The translations under genes and the position numbers were made by a program. A DNA stretch of 64,000 nt from Vicugna vicugna (Eukaryota). Below the pieces are notes generated by a model. That model made no database searches, was not told where the DNA came from, and was given only the letters and a program-made list of their open reading frames with translations. Location of the stretch: NCBI GenBank assembly GCA_013265495.1, contig MU057999.1:124001-188000 (forward strand). Direction: 5' to 3'. Positions 34,391 to 48,060 of this stretch are shown piece after piece (the first letter of the stretch is position 1; each line of letters opens with the position of its first letter).

Positions 34391-36697
34391 CAGCTCCTGG
34401 GAACTCCTACCCAGAGGTGGCACCGCAGCATGTAGGAAGCCAAGTGCACCCTCCACCGGATGGCCCTTCAGGGGTCTGAAGCCCACCTTGAGCCTCACAC
34501 GTCCCTTACCCCTGGAGCCTCCACTGCCAGCAGCACACCCGGCCTGGAGTGCTCTCCCCAGGTGGGGTCTGCACACAGCCTGGGGCCGCCGGGACCCTCC
34601 CGGCTCCCGCTCTGACAGCCCTCAGTCACACTCTGCCCTCTCGAGGACCTTCCCTCCTGTAGCACCTGCTGCGCGTTGTTCTCTCAGCCACTGGGATGCT
34701 GGGCCCCCCGCGGGGCTGACTTTGCCCTCTTCTCCCCTGGAGAAAAGGCGGCGAGGAGGGAGAGGGGCAGAACCCCAGCTGCTCTGCACGTAACCCGGGG
34801 TACAGAGGGCGGGGCGCACAGATGGGATGTCCACGCTCTTCCAGAAAGGACTTCTCAAGGCCTGGTGTCCTCTTCCAGCTCCGGGTCTCATCTAGGGCAG
34901 GCCACTCACTGCTTTGACCGGAGGCATAGCAGGGGCAGGAAAAGGAGAGATCCCCACACATCTGGCCCTGTGCCCCTCCAATGTCGGGCCCCTCAGCGGC
35001 GGCCTCCTCTCCGGGATTGAGGGGCCCCCGGCCTGCCCCACCTCTACACTCCACCCGCCTGGGGTTCAGGTTGTATCCGCGGTGCTTATCCCAGGCCATC
35101 TGCCTGTGTGGCTGTCGGCCACCCCTGCAGGGCTGGGCCCTCACCTGGGGTCACGCATTGGGCAAGCACCGCTGGCGTCCTTGGCCACGTGAGGGCCTGG
35201 GGCACCATTGGTCCTGTCATTTGGATGTTGCCAAGTAACCAGAAAACCAGTGCTTTGTCTCTTTGCCATGACGCTTGTTTTTGAACCGTTCGTTAATCTT
35301 TGTATTATAGTCTTTCAAAAATAATTTAACTGTGTTTGAACTCTACTCCACCCGTCATTCCACACACTAGTAAAACTTTACCGAGTTTTCTATTTTTCCT
35401 ATTTCTTTTCCATAAGCCTGTATTTCACTTGGAAAAATCTCAGTATAGCATTTGTCTCCTACTCTTTACAATTAGTACCTTTTCACTTTGAGAAGGGCTT
35501 GTCACCATCTCTTAGAGTGGCTGCCAGGGCCACCAGGAGTTATTTAAGTCCTCTGCTGCTCTTGAATGTCAGGGATGTCTCTAACTTTTGTCTTTTATCG
35601 ACAGGGACTTGACGGATAACTTCCTGCCAACAGTTCTTTGCTTGGGGACTGACTGCCAGCAGTGTAATTTGAACACCTCTAGGTATTTCTGCGATGTTCA
35701 AAATCATTCCTCGTGCTGTGTTTCTCCCACTTGGTCCCTTCTTCCTCACCGGTGACATCACCCACCCCCCGCCCTCCACCCCTGTAGAGGAAGGCTGGCC
35801 CCAGGGGGAATAGCATGACTATTGGGCTGTAAAGCGCCCCCAGGCTCTGGGGACTCCCTGGGGTCTTCCTGGTCCCCAACAACCCAGACAAAGCCCTGGA
35901 ACTCAGCCAGCTCAGGGCTGATCCAAGGGTGCCATGCAGTGTGGCTGCCTCGATCTGAAACTCTGTCCTCCCCCGCCCCCAAGTTCTGCAGGAGGAACCG
36001 TAGGTCAGAGGCCTTGTGTGGGCACCTTCCTGGGGACAGCTGGATTCCTCACCTGTAGGGTCGAGGCCTCAGACTTCGCAGTCCAAAGAGGGCTTATCTT
36101 CTTTCACTCTTCCTGCTCTGTCAGCTTAGGCTGTGTCACCTAAAGCAAGTTGCTTAACCTCTCTGTGCAGCACTTGCCTCTTACAGCCGTGTCAAGAGTG
36201 GGTTGGACTCAATAATGGTCACATTATTACTGTTGTTTTCTGCAAGCTCAGCAGTGGTCCCCTGTTCCCTCCTCAGCTGTTCCCTGCTTTTCTCCTTAGA
36301 AGGCCTACTTCTCCATCAATGTCTCCCCAAATGCTTCTGCTCAGTGGAGACTGGCAGACACTGAATCCAGCCCCCTCTAAGGAAGCTGAGTCTGGGACGC
36401 TGTCACCTGTGACCCCAGGCCAGAGGTGGTTGAAGGAATGAGGGGTACCGCGGGGTGGCGGCAAGCAGGGCCCAAGCCTACCGGTCCCCAAGGAAGCTTA
36501 GCTGTAGCCACATCCTCCCTAATGCTGAGGTGTAGGAGGGGAACTGCAGGCTGAGGCCTCCTCCCGGGCCCCATCTCCCCTCTCCTCCCCGAGACTTTCT
36601 CTGTGTGCACCAGGAGAGGCTGGCGGGTGTCCCAGTCCCAGCCCTGGAACTCTACCCTCTTGCCTGGGAGCTCACAGCCTGGGCCCTGTCATGGCTG

Positions 36698-36700
<3 letters not shown>

Positions 36701-36733
<33 letters not shown>

Positions 36734-36753
36734 GCACGCACACACACACACAC
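36701..36753. repeat. Interrupted (CA)n microsatellite
   Basis: Seen directly. Confidence 0.95.
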
Positions 36754-38559
36754 ACCACCCAGGCATTTCCTGCTCAGAGGTGCCCCTCCCTACCCCTGCC
36801 CTCTCCTGAACCTTCACACCCGTCCATGGCAGGGTCAGCGCACAGAAGCCCCAACGACGAGGGTGAGCTAAGCACCTTTTCCTTGTCCTAAAGTTCCCAC
36901 GTGGCCTGTATGCCTGTGATCACCCCTCTGGGGCACCTGGAACCTGCCCTGTGCCCTATTTCCCTGGCTCTGGGTCGAGGTCTAGCCCCATGCTCTCACC
37001 TCACTTCTGGAAGGAATCTACTGTTTCATCAGTCTTGCTTCTTGACCCATATCTCCACCTCCTGCATTTGTTCAGGTCTGTGGCCTCCTCGCCGGGAAGG
37101 CCTCGGGCTCCCTGTTTCCTTCCCTCTCACTCTGCACAGCTCCCAAGGGTTTTCTGGGTCCTGCCTGGCTGCGCACACACCCTCCGGCACTGTTTGAACT
37201 GACCCCGTATCAGGTGGACTGTGAGCCTTCGGGGCAGGGAACAAGTACAAACACAAGCGCAGATAGCAGGATGCCACCTGGGAGACAGCAGGAGCAGAGC
37301 CGCCCCTCCCCACTCAGGCCTGAGGAACTGGTGGGAGGCACTTAGTAGGACAGAGCTTGGCCTCCCCAGCTCCCGGACCTGAGCCTACGACAGCCAGTGG
37401 CTGCTCTGACAGTCACCCATTCCGCCTCTGCCCCGGCCCTGCCCCAAAGCATCAGCACCTCTGCTTCCGAAGCTGTAAACTTTGGGGCCTCGAAAGCTCT
37501 GTGGGGCCCTTTGCCTGAGCTGGGGTCCCTAACACGCCCTGGGCCATGTTCACTGTACGCTGAGTCACCTGATGAGGTCACTGGCAGTCAGGCCTCCTCC
37601 CTGTTCATGGGTCACAGGGCGGGAGGGCCGGGGGGTGTGGCCCCTTGCTGGGGAATCAGAAGAGATATTGACTCTCTTTACTGCGCAGTAAAGCCGTGAA
37701 GGCATTCCTGCGCAGCCAGCAGGGGAAGGCCGAGGACGCTGGCCAGGGGGATTCGAACCCAGCGCTGGGGAGTCCACAGCTCCCTCACCGAGGTGTAGTG
37801 GGGACTCAGTCTCGCAGGGACTTCTGCTCTGAGAACCTCGCTCTGGCCACAGCAGTGAGAATGATGGCCTCTCTCTGGATTTGTCCTGACCTTCCTTTAG
37901 GGTACCACCCCTCCTTGCTCTTAGGCTATGTGGTTGGGGGGCCGACCCCCCAGAGTGGGAGGGCATGGGGCCTGGTACTCTGCTGGGGCAGAGTCAGGAC
38001 AGCACGCTCTCTCCCTCCCGGGAGGCTGCCGCAGTTGGAGAACCTCCCTCAGTGTGGGGGTCTCCGGCATCTTGGGACAATCTGCACCAGGGAGCAGGAA
38101 TGTGGGACAGAGGTCACTGAGGCCGGTGACTGTGCCCGTCCGGCCTCAGCATCTGGCCTTTGCAATTCCGTGAGCCAATTTCAGTTTTGTTGGGCTGGAT
38201 TTCCTGTTGCTGGCATGTAAAGGGCCCTGATGAATCCAATAAACTGAGGTTTGGACAACACCGGGCAATTCCCAGAGCCAGGCTGTCACTTCACCTCGAA
38301 GCTGCTGTACCAGGCAGGCCTGATTGTTATTACCCTCTTTAAAGACGAGGAACTAAGGCAAGAGGTGAGCATGGCCCGGCACCCGGGTCTTCTGAGCACA
38401 GAACTTGTCCTTCTGCTGGGTCTCACGTGCCAACGAGCCACGAATGCTGTGCTGGACTTGGGCCTTGGCGGCTGGACACAAGGGCGGAGGCAGGACTGAC
38501 CAGCACCTCGGGGAGATGGCCAAGCTGCAGAGGGCTCCAAAAACATGTGGAGAAATAGC

Positions 38560-39030
38560 TCCATGGGTGTGATGGTCACTAAAAATCACGCTCCCAAAGA
38601 ATCTGTAATCATGAGGGAAATGGAGGGAGGGTACAGCTCAGTGGTAGAGCACGTGCCTAGCATGCACGAGGTCCCAGGTTCAGTTCCTGGTACCGCCATT
38701 AAATAAATAAAATTCTAATCCCTTCCCCCCTGAAAAAAACAAACAAACAAAAATTAATGAGGAAAACACTATGTCATGATGTGAAATAGAAAGTAGGACA
38801 AACTCATAGATCACACACACACACACACAAAATACTTGCAATTATGTTTTTCCAAAAGCTGATGCATAGAATTTTTTTAAGACTAAGAGAAAATAATATA
38901 ATAAAGATGATCCTTTCTGTGGTAGAAATGTGAGAGGTTTTTTAATCTCATTTTTTCCTACATCTTTTGCACTACTATGATAAACATTACTGTAGGATGG
39001 AGCAAATACAATAAACTTTCTGAAAAAAGA
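38560..39030 (+). mobile_element. Old L1ME-type 3' UTR remnant hosting the SINE
   Basis: AT-rich degenerate L1ME terminus ending in aataaa and an A-rich run. Confidence 0.5.
38622..38752 (+). mobile_element. Camelid tRNA-derived SINE (Vic-1-like)
   Basis: ggagggtacagctcagtggtagagcacgtgcctagcatgcacgaggtcccaggttcagttcc contains Pol III A- and B-box-like motifs. A-rich tail. Imperfect TSD atgagggaaa / atgaggaaaa. Confidence 0.88.
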
Positions 39031-39269
39031 AAGAAGGAATCATTTGGTCACATAGCAGTTTTCCCCAAGTACCATGTTCAGAATTGAGAGCAAACCAATC
39101 CCTGGAAGGGTGTCAGGGAGGCTGCTCCTGGTCAACTCCTGCCCTGACCACTGTACTGGGAGCTCACAGCTCTGACCTCGGCCGAAGTTCACATACACCC
39201 TATTCCACCTTGGAGCCTCAAAACACAGCAAAGGCTGCTGCTTGGCCGTGGCCCCCCTTACGCTGAACT

Positions 39270-39430
39270 CCAGCCTCACAGCAGCCTGCGGGGAGCTGTG
39301 GGCATTGTGCCCCTTTCACTGGGGAGAAAACTGAGGTTCAGCAAACCAAGGAATATGCCCTCAGTCACAGGCTGGACAGAGCTGGAACTTGCACTGTGAC
39401 CCATCTGGTTCCAAAGTCCGAGCCACTGGC
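39270..39430 (-). mobile_element. MIR SINE fragment
   Basis: cctcacagcagcctgc...gagaaaactgaggttcag...tctggttccaaagtcc. Confidence 0.65.
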
Positions 39431-40499
39431 CGTGCTGTGACGTGGCTTCTATTCTAAAACCTCCCAGGCTGACTTATTATTGTCCCTTTCACAAATATTT
39501 ACTGAGCATCCAATATGCCTATGACATGATTCTTATTCACAAAGGCAACCTGGAGCAAATCTGAGACACCAGCACACCTCCAGCAGCTCTGATGCAACCC
39601 AGCCATCACAAAAGGGGGCATGTACAGCTGGTGGGAGTCCAGGACCATCTCTTGGGGGCAGCGGGCAGAATACATCACAGCTTATACTTAGAGCTGTTTT
39701 CTGTCTCATATTTTTTCATTTCTATTTTTAAACATTTATGGTATACATAATACACTGATACAATAACATCCACATAAAACGTATGTGCTAAATCTTTGAT
39801 TGGCATATAATCAGAAAAGGCCCACCAATTTTGTTTATATGTCTAGGTACATGAGCCTGTATATCAGGATGCTCAGGAAAGTGGTGGAGAAGGTGAGAGC
39901 TGACTAGGATGGGCCTTATCCGGGCAGAGTGAGAGGAGGGCATCAAAGGCAATAAGAGAACATCACCAACCGCAGCTGGTTGGGAATGTTTCCACCATAA
40001 TTCTGGGAACGGATTTCAGACCCCTGGCCCCAGCCTCCTCCCTCAGACTTGGAGCCTACAGAGCATGGGCTGGACCAGCCAGCCCCTGGGCCTCTGTGGT
40101 TCAGCCTGTGCCCACGCAGTCCACCAGCTAGGCTCCTGCCCTGGCCTGGGACATGGCCCCAACTCAGTGTCTTTGGATCCACATCCTCTGTCTCTTCCAC
40201 CTCCAGGCCCCTCTAGGCTTCCTTCTTCCCATACCCAGCTGCAACCACTGCCCTGCCCCTTCCAGCTCAGCCCACCTCGAATCCGGGTCTATGGTCCCAT
40301 CCCCCACCACCTCAGCCTCTGCCCCTCTGCGCCCTCCACCTGCATCTCAGGGGACCCGGCAGCCCTCAGGGCCTGCTGCCCTGCACCTTCCTGAGCAGAG
40401 CTGCTCCTGGCATCCAGGCTCAGGCAGTGGCTGTGGGGCTGACCCGGGGCTTTCTCCCAGGTCCCTGAGGCCACTTTCAAGCCTCTGCTCCTTGAGCCC

Positions 40500-41320
40500 T
40501 GCCTCCTGCAAAGCTCAGACATCCAGCCTAGGCCCCTCAGCCCTTCCTCATTTCTGTCTTCCATCCCTCACCAGGGCTCTGTCCAAGGCCGTGGCCTTGA
40601 CCCAGAGCTTTTCCTCTGGGCCTCCACACCACCACCAGGCTGGACAGCTTCCATGTACACATGGGCCAGTCCTACGCCCTCAGTTCTTGACCTTTTCCAC
40701 TTTGAGGCCTTGACCTCCCAGCACATCAGTCACCTGCACCCACACCCCAGGTGCCTCCCTCCACCGGGAACGGCTCCACCCGGAACACCTGCATTCTACT
40801 GCGGCCACATCCCACTGCAGCTGGCCTTGCGCTTCACAGAGTCACACGGGGCTTTAGTGCCTTCAGGTCTCCCATCTGTCTGTCCCCACCTATTTTCACT
40901 TCCTTGCAGCCTAGAACCCCCAGAATTCCCCAGAAGTGTTGTCTTTCTTCTTGATCAAGAGTGACCAACCCTCGGGCTGTGCCCTCGGTCCATCCCCTCC
41001 TGCTTTCTTGGGTAGTAATTTACTGCTTCAAATGTCCTCCACCTCCCCCGACCCAACCCCACAGCGTCTTCTCTCTCTCTGCCTGTCTTTCTCTTTCCTG
41101 AACCTCTTTCTACAGCAAATTTGCTTATGTTTTCACGTTCCCCCACATTAATAACAGAGCAACCACCCACTCCTTGGCTTCCTCCTACCACTGTCTTTTT
41201 TTTTTTTTTTTTTCCTTTTTTATGCAAAATCTTCCTGGGATTGTTTCTTATTTGTCCTCTTTTATGGACAAGCTTCCTGAGATTGTCTCTATTTTTCTCA
41301 CTTGCTATTCATGGCTCAAC
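40500..41320 (+). mobile_element. L2 LINE remnant
   Basis: Pyrimidine-rich block with L2-like ccaaccctcgggctgtgccctcggtccatcccctcc. Confidence 0.45.
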
Positions 41321-41337
41321 CCACTGCAAACTGGCCT

Positions 41338-41653
41338 GGGGTTCTCACAATCATGATGGATTGCTCTTGACCGGATCACCATGGAGGGGCCTTGTTAATT
41401 TATCCCCCAACACCTGGGTTCTGCTCCGGGCGGGTTCTCTGCAGCCTCAGACATCCCCTAGCCTAGCAGGAGCTCTCTCCGGGCTTCATCTACACACCGC
41501 CCCCTCTTGCTTCCCCTGCCCCGACTCCGGCTGCTTGTGGCACCCAGGAGCTTCTGATGCAGCGGGTCTGGGAGGGACCATGAATTTGCATTTCTTACGT
41601 GTTCCTAAGTGATGCTGCTGCTGGTGGTCCATGGATCAGGCTTTGAGAACCAC
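41338..41653. mobile_element. MER5A-like MITE (interrupted)
   Basis: ttctgatgcagcgggtctgggagggaccatgaatttgcatttct...gatgctgctgctggtggtccatggatcaggctttgagaaccac. Confidence 0.7.
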
Positions 41654-44528
41654 CACATTAGATAAAAGTGCCTTGTCCCGAGCCCCTCAGTGAATATGGC
41701 CAGCTCAGTGGGCCCCTGCCCCCAGGCTTGGGGAAGGTTCTGCTCCATTTGGGCTTGGCTCACAATGGTGAGGCCCTTAACCTTGGCTTGGACTCACTCT
41801 TGGCTCATTTTCCAACTTGCTCTTGGTCATTGTTGCTGTGGCTGGAGAACAGAAATAGGTATTAAAATGGTCATTAGTGGTGCTCGAGGCGGAGGTAAGT
41901 GGCAGTGATGGCCATCAGAGGGTGCTCTGCCTGCTTTCAGATTAGACTCAGACCTTCCTTTCTAACCAGCGCAGTTTCTCTGTGCTCCGTTCTTTGTGTT
42001 TTAAAAGCACACAAAGCCGTGCTTCTGCAAAGACCTAAAAATATTATCTAATAATGGCACTCGGAATTCTTTCTTGGTTTCCTCTAAGGCCCCTAAGCTC
42101 CTTCCCAGCACCCACTTCTGGGCTGAGAGTCAGAGGACCCTCCACGAAGGGCCGCTGCCCCCCTGAAGAGGAAATGGACTGAATGAATGTGCTGCTGCAG
42201 AACCGTGAAGACAGCCCAAGGCTGGCATTGCTCCCCCGGGGGGAAGAGCCTCAGCGCTGCCCTCTCCTTCCTCTCTGCCTTCATCTGCTCAAAGGGCTAA
42301 ATATACAGCCTTCACCTTGAGCCCCTGCCAAGGGTCTGCCCTGTCTCCCACAGCCAACAAGGGCTGATCTATCTGCATAGGAAGGAGGAGCTTCTGCTCG
42401 GAGGGCTGGCACATTTGTGTTCATGATCACAGTCCCCGCTGAGGCCGGGACTGAGTTTCTTTGCATGAAGCCCAAGAGTGTTTGATACTTTCTTTGGTAG
42501 ACACTGTAATAACACGATACTCCCTTCCTTACCGAGACCCAGGTCTGACTCAGTCATTCAAAACAGCCACAATTTAATAGAGCCCAGGGAGAGGTGCCTG
42601 GATCCCTGCCAGGCAGTCAAAAGATGCTCAGTAAACATCTATTGAGAGAATGAATGGGTTCACTCCAGGAAAATCTGTCCATTCCAGAAGATCTGACGTG
42701 ATCCTGGCTACACTCATCTAAACTGAGTTTTTCCTGTTTCTTTTCATCCTTCCCTTTTTAAAGTTCTCAGATGGGGCATAAAACACATCCTCCTTCATCC
42801 TGCCAGGGAACACGGAGCAGTCATCAGCAACACATGAAAATCCCAGGCCACGGGCTCCCCGTGCACTCAGCCAGCCCAGCCCTCCCTCCTGCCCCAGGGG
42901 TCCCTGACCACCCCCTGATGGCCCCAACTGGACGAAGGGCTCTGTCCCCTTCTCTGGAGATTTAAAGCTTCAGGAATCTTCAAGGGAAGGTGTCCCCTGG
43001 TGACAGGGGTCCCTCCCCTTGTGGATTCCTCATAAAGTGGTGCCCCTACCCCATTCCCAGACCTCAGGAGATCTGGGGCCTCAAAGGAGAATTAAAGAAC
43101 AAAAGAGGGCCAGGGATGGGAGCCAAAGGTCCCTACAAGGTAGATGAAAGATGTTTTTAAAGAATTGATTTGGTGGCCAACTTGTAAAATAAACTTGCTT
43201 TTTGGAGCCAGGAGTTGGGAAGATGGTGCACATCCCTGCCTCTCCTTGTGCCTGGTTCCAACAATGACCAAGACCAATGACCCACAGCAAGCCAGGCATA
43301 GCTGTCCCCTGAAGGAAGTCACAATCTCGCCAGGCAGACAAAGCCATCTTTATCAAAACGGCCACACACTGTGCCGTTGAGGCAGAGGTTAAAAGAATCA
43401 CTCTACAGTGTGCCATGGCATGGTAAATGGTTCTTGGCAAGTTTGGTGTCACATTTTTCTAGTTTTGAACGAACTAGGAAAACATCCGTAATCATTTTCC
43501 AGAATGCTAAAGTTTTGGGTACTTAAACTCATGTCAAGTACCGCCCCCCTCCCCCAATATTCTCCTTTCTTTGGACAGTGTTGCCCCAGGTCCCAGCCTT
43601 AGGAGACTCCACGTGTGCTGCTCCAGCAAATGGCTGTTGTCCCCCAACCCTCGCCTCCGGCCAGCCAGGCAGGCACAGCTCATGCTGGACGGGGTTGGGC
43701 AACACTGTCCAGTGGGGCCACGTGGCCCAAAGTCGGAGCCCCAGGCTTCCCTCTCTGGGCTGGGATGCCTAAATGTCTTCCCGGAGAGGAGCCCCTGGAG
43801 CGGGCAAGCAGGAAGTCCACCCATCCGTCAGCCGAGGCCGGGGTCTGCACCCTCCCATCCTGGCCCTTTGCCTCCACAAATAAAAGACAGGGCAGCAGCC
43901 CTCTCTCCCACTTGTCTGTCAACATCCAGTGCAGCTCGTGACCTGGCATCTTCAGGGAAACCACGATGAGAAGAAATGGGAGTTTCTAGCAGGTTTCTGA
44001 GTCAATCTGCCAATGATTCAGCCCAGGCTGATGTCAAGGGAAATGTGGCTGCCACCCCCTCCAAGCTGGGAAGTGGGCAGGAACCAAGGCCACAACCCCC
44101 TCCAGAGCCCGTGCAGGGAAGTGGAACAGAGCCTGCCACAGACATGTCTGTTGAAGCAATCGTCCCAGAACATTTCACAAGCACAGGAGTAAACACATCA
44201 GCCTAAAATGTGACACTTCACAGGAAAAAATGAATACAATTAATCTAAGATTTTAAATATTGAATATTTTTCAATAAATGTTTATTTCATTTGAGTATCT
44301 CCAATCCACAAGTATTGCTAAGAAGATTTGGAAATGCTATTGAATAAAAAATCTCTTATTTATTATTTAACTAACAGATGTGTAAAGTGGTGTCATTCAT
44401 CAGGATAACGCCCAGCTTGGAGCTCTCGTGGGAATCGGTCATGAAGACACTTGGGCATCCTCCACACCCAACTGCGATGTCGATCCGGCTGGGAGCTCTT
44501 GTCACGCCGCCTTCTTCCTTTCCAAGAA

Positions 44529-44882
44529 TGTATTTGGCCTGCGATAACAAAATGCCATTGCCTGGGTGGCTTATAAGCAACAGAAATGTACCTCTCTCAC
44601 TTCTGGAGTCTGAAAGTCCAAGATCAAGTCTCCAAAAGATTTGGTGTCTAGTGAGAACCTGCTTCACGGTTCACAGGCAGCATCCTTTCACTGTGTCCTT
44701 ACAGAGCAGAAGGGGAGAGGGAGGTCTTTGGGGTCCCTTTTATAAGGGCACTAATCCCATTCTTGAGGGCTCCACCCTCACAACCTCATCCTTCCCAAAG
44801 GCCCCACCTCCAAATACCATCTACCTTGGGGGTGAGATTTCAACATATGAATTTGGGAGCCAAAGACATTTAGCCTATAGCA
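44529..44882 (-). mobile_element. MaLR LTR (MLT1A-like)
   Basis: ataacaaaatgccattgcctgggtggcttataagcaacagaaat...tttataagggcactaatcccatt...aaaggccccacctccaaatacc...caacatatgaatttggg...cctatagca. Confidence 0.9.
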
Positions 44883-45197
44883 ATGGACAAAGAAGAGAAA
44901 GTAAAGCAAGAGAGATTGTGGATGCATGAATCCAAGCACTGTGCTTCTGTGATCGCTGCGTGAACTGACGTGCTGGAGTGACCTCTGAGGGGCCGGAGGG
45001 GCTGGGCATCAGTAAGTTTGGCCAGAGGCTGAATGTACTTTCTAGAACCTGAGAGCAGGGCATTACGGCAGGAGAGGCCCGATCCTACCCTCACACGTAG
45101 ATCATTGACAAATTTCAGTTTTTTTACCGCTAGTAACAAGTTGCTTGTAGAGCCTCTGAAACCAGATGGCAGACACCAGTGAATGCAGGCGCCGGGT

Positions 45198-45390
45198 CAG
45201 AGTCACCAAGTGAAATAACAGATTCTCAGTTCACTTTGAATTTCCAACAAACGATAAACTTTTTGTTTAGTATAAGCATGTCCCCAAATTGCATGGGACA
45301 TGCTTATACTCAAAAAAAAAAAATTTGTTTCCTGGAAGTTCACACTGAACTAGGTGTCCTGTATTCTGACTTGCTAAATCTAACAACTAG
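45198..45390. mobile_element. MER53 palindromic hAT MITE
   Basis: cagttcactttgaatttcc...ttagtataagcatgtccccaaattgcatgggacatgcttatact...gtcctgtattctgacttgctaaatctaacaac matches the recalled MER53 layout. Confidence 0.85.
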
Positions 45391-47859
45391 CCTCACTAGG
45401 TGGTGGAGGGCCGTTCAGGGTGCTGGTGACAAGCCTCCAGGCTGGTCCCCAGACACTCAAGTGGCAGGGGATGCCCCCGGGTCAGGTGACAGCAAAGCCA
45501 CTCTTGAGTGACCTCCCAGAGAATGGGCCCATTTAATCCATTCCACAAGTGAGGGTCTTCATGCAAGTATTTCGTCTCAGACACACGAAACATGCCAGTG
45601 GGGTAAAAATAAACCATAGCCGAATTTAATGTGAAGCTTGAGAGTGACAAACTGAACCTAGATGCTTCATATCAAACGTCTTATGGTGTCTTATTTTGAG
45701 GTCACAGATGTCAAAAGTTTAATGAAAGAAGGGCTTAAAATATAGTCTGTACTCTTAACTGTTTCTGTGAATTGGGAAAAGACTATCATTATTTTATTTG
45801 ATATGCGGAGCGTACTTATTTCAGGCTGAGGACACAGCTTGTTAACACAGATGGAGACCCAGGGGGTGATGTGAGAGGGAGCCCAGAGAGCAAGCCTCAG
45901 GCAGAGCTGGACTGGGTCGTGTGGGCCAGGAGAGGGCAGCTTGCCTGCAGGTTTTGGGGATGCACAGTGTCTGTGGGGGCACACGGTGGCCGGGGGGTCG
46001 TGTGTTGTTGTTGTAGTTGGGGACACTCTGGAGAATGCAGAGGCTAGATGACCTTCCAAAGGAGCCCCAGGCTCTGGGAGGCAATGGGCAAGCGTTAAGT
46101 CGGGCATCGTCCAGATGGGAGGGGGCGTGGGGAGCTGGGGACCCAGAGAGAGTGGGTCTGCTCGCGGCCTGTCCCACAAAGGGGCCCTCCTGGGAGCATG
46201 GGGTGGCTGTCTCAAGGGCGGGTGGCTAGGGCTGAGAAGCCCAAGTTTATTACCCTGGGAGAAGTGCTGGGGGGACCCCAGGCTGTTGAGTGAGTGTGGC
46301 CTGCCTGGCCCTAATCCAGCAGGAGGGGACAGTGAGGGCAGTAACAAAGTGGCCGTGGGGGTAGGCTTGGGTGGACAGAGGTGTGGGGAGCCACACAGTC
46401 TGGTAGAGACTGTTAGCACACAGGTCAGGGTTTAGCGCCTGCTTTACCTGCTGTTGGCCAATCAGCCAGATGTCTTCCACCAATACCAGGCCTGACAGCT
46501 GGGTCTGCTCCCAGCTCTGGCCCCGCGTCTCTGCGTTGCTTTGGACAAACCACGCCTCCTCTCCAGAGCTGTTTCTTTAGCAGCACAAGGAGGCCCGAGG
46601 TCCATGTGCTCTGGGAAATCAAGCCTCTCTCATCAGGTCAGCCGGGCCAGCCCAGCACAGCCATGGGTCTGGAACAAGCTGGTTTATGAACCTGCTGCCT
46701 CCGCGCAGGAGGGCCCACCTTGGCCAGGACCCTCTCGAAGGCACCTGAGCCGGGCACCCATCTCCATCGCTGCTCCACCTTTCTAGGTGTTTAATCAAGA
46801 GAGTCAAAGTGAAAACAGCAGGAAGAAAAGTGAAACTGGTCTCCCCTCCCTGGGGAGGGGCAGAGCAGCAGCAGCCCAAGTGGCACAGGCAAAGGTTACT
46901 TTGTGTCCCTTGAAATGAAAACCCAGAGGAACCTTTGGGACTTCCTCATTCCTGCCTTCCATCAGCAGTGCCTGAAGGGCTCCGGTTCCCAGGACGCCAC
47001 AGGCCCTACAGAGGCTGGCAGTGCAGCCCGTGAGCCGGGTGACGAGGTGGCTGCCCCACCCCACCCCACCCTGCACTAGCGCCAGCTGAGCCACTGAAGA
47101 CAAAGGGTCGTCTCCCCACAGGCCCCGCCACGCACAGAACTGCACACACACTTGGACACGCACAGCCATCTGCGCGCAGGGCCACACACATCTGTGCACG
47201 GGACCCGTCCTCGGGCTCCCGCCTCAGCACTCCCCAAATACAAGCTGCACACACTCCCCTCCCCCAGCTCCGCTCTCGCACACCGGTCCTGGCAGGAGCC
47301 CACACGCACGCACGGACACGGATCAGCCTGCACTCTTGCATGTCCACCCTCCCTGTGTGTGCGCGCACACACACACACATACACACAAAGTGTACGGCCT
47401 CGGTGTGGATGGACACCAAGCCCCTGGGGCTGCCATTCCTCCTCTGGACGGGAGGGGACACCTGCTCCCTCCCACCGCTCCAGTCTTGGAACGGCCTCCC
47501 CCACCTTCCTGAGCTCCACAAGGTAGGGCCCCACAACTGCATTTTGCTCTGTTTGCACTGACCCAAAGGGCACTGGAGACCCAGCCCTTCAAAGGCCAGG
47601 CCACCACCTGCCAGCTGCTTTTCTCACACATTTAACACAGAGTGCTGCAGGAGGCGGGCCTCCTGGCCTCCTGGGTTCTCGGGCAAATCGATACGGTTCT
47701 TTTTATTTCCGTGTTAGAGAGACTCTTCCAAGCTGCCAAGAATACAGACACACTCAATTTAGTTGGAAAGGGAGAAAGGAAGGACAGAGAGAAATACACA
47801 AGCAGGGACGCCTGCAGTGCCTGCTGTCAGGACTCGGGTTTGGGTTTAACACGAAGAAC

Positions 47860-48060
47860 AGCAAGTGCTTATTGAGCATCTGCCTGGCCTGGGTCCCAGG
47901 CCCAGCACCAGGTGCTCCGGGCGCATTATCACGTCATGCTCACAGCAGCCCCATGAAATAGTTCCCATTTGGAGGGGAGGATGGCGAGGCTTAGAGAGTC
48001 TGAGACTTGCCCGAAGTCCTGCAGCTTGTAAGTGCAGGGCTGGGATGTATGCCCATGTGG
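47860..48060 (-). mobile_element. MIR SINE
   Basis: cttattgagcatctgcc...ctcacagcagccccatgaaatag...gaggcttagagagt...acttgccc. Confidence 0.7.

Noticed and set aside
38625..38700. tRNA-like sequence with A and B boxes
   Set aside because: It is the head of a SINE with tail and TSD, not a tRNA gene.
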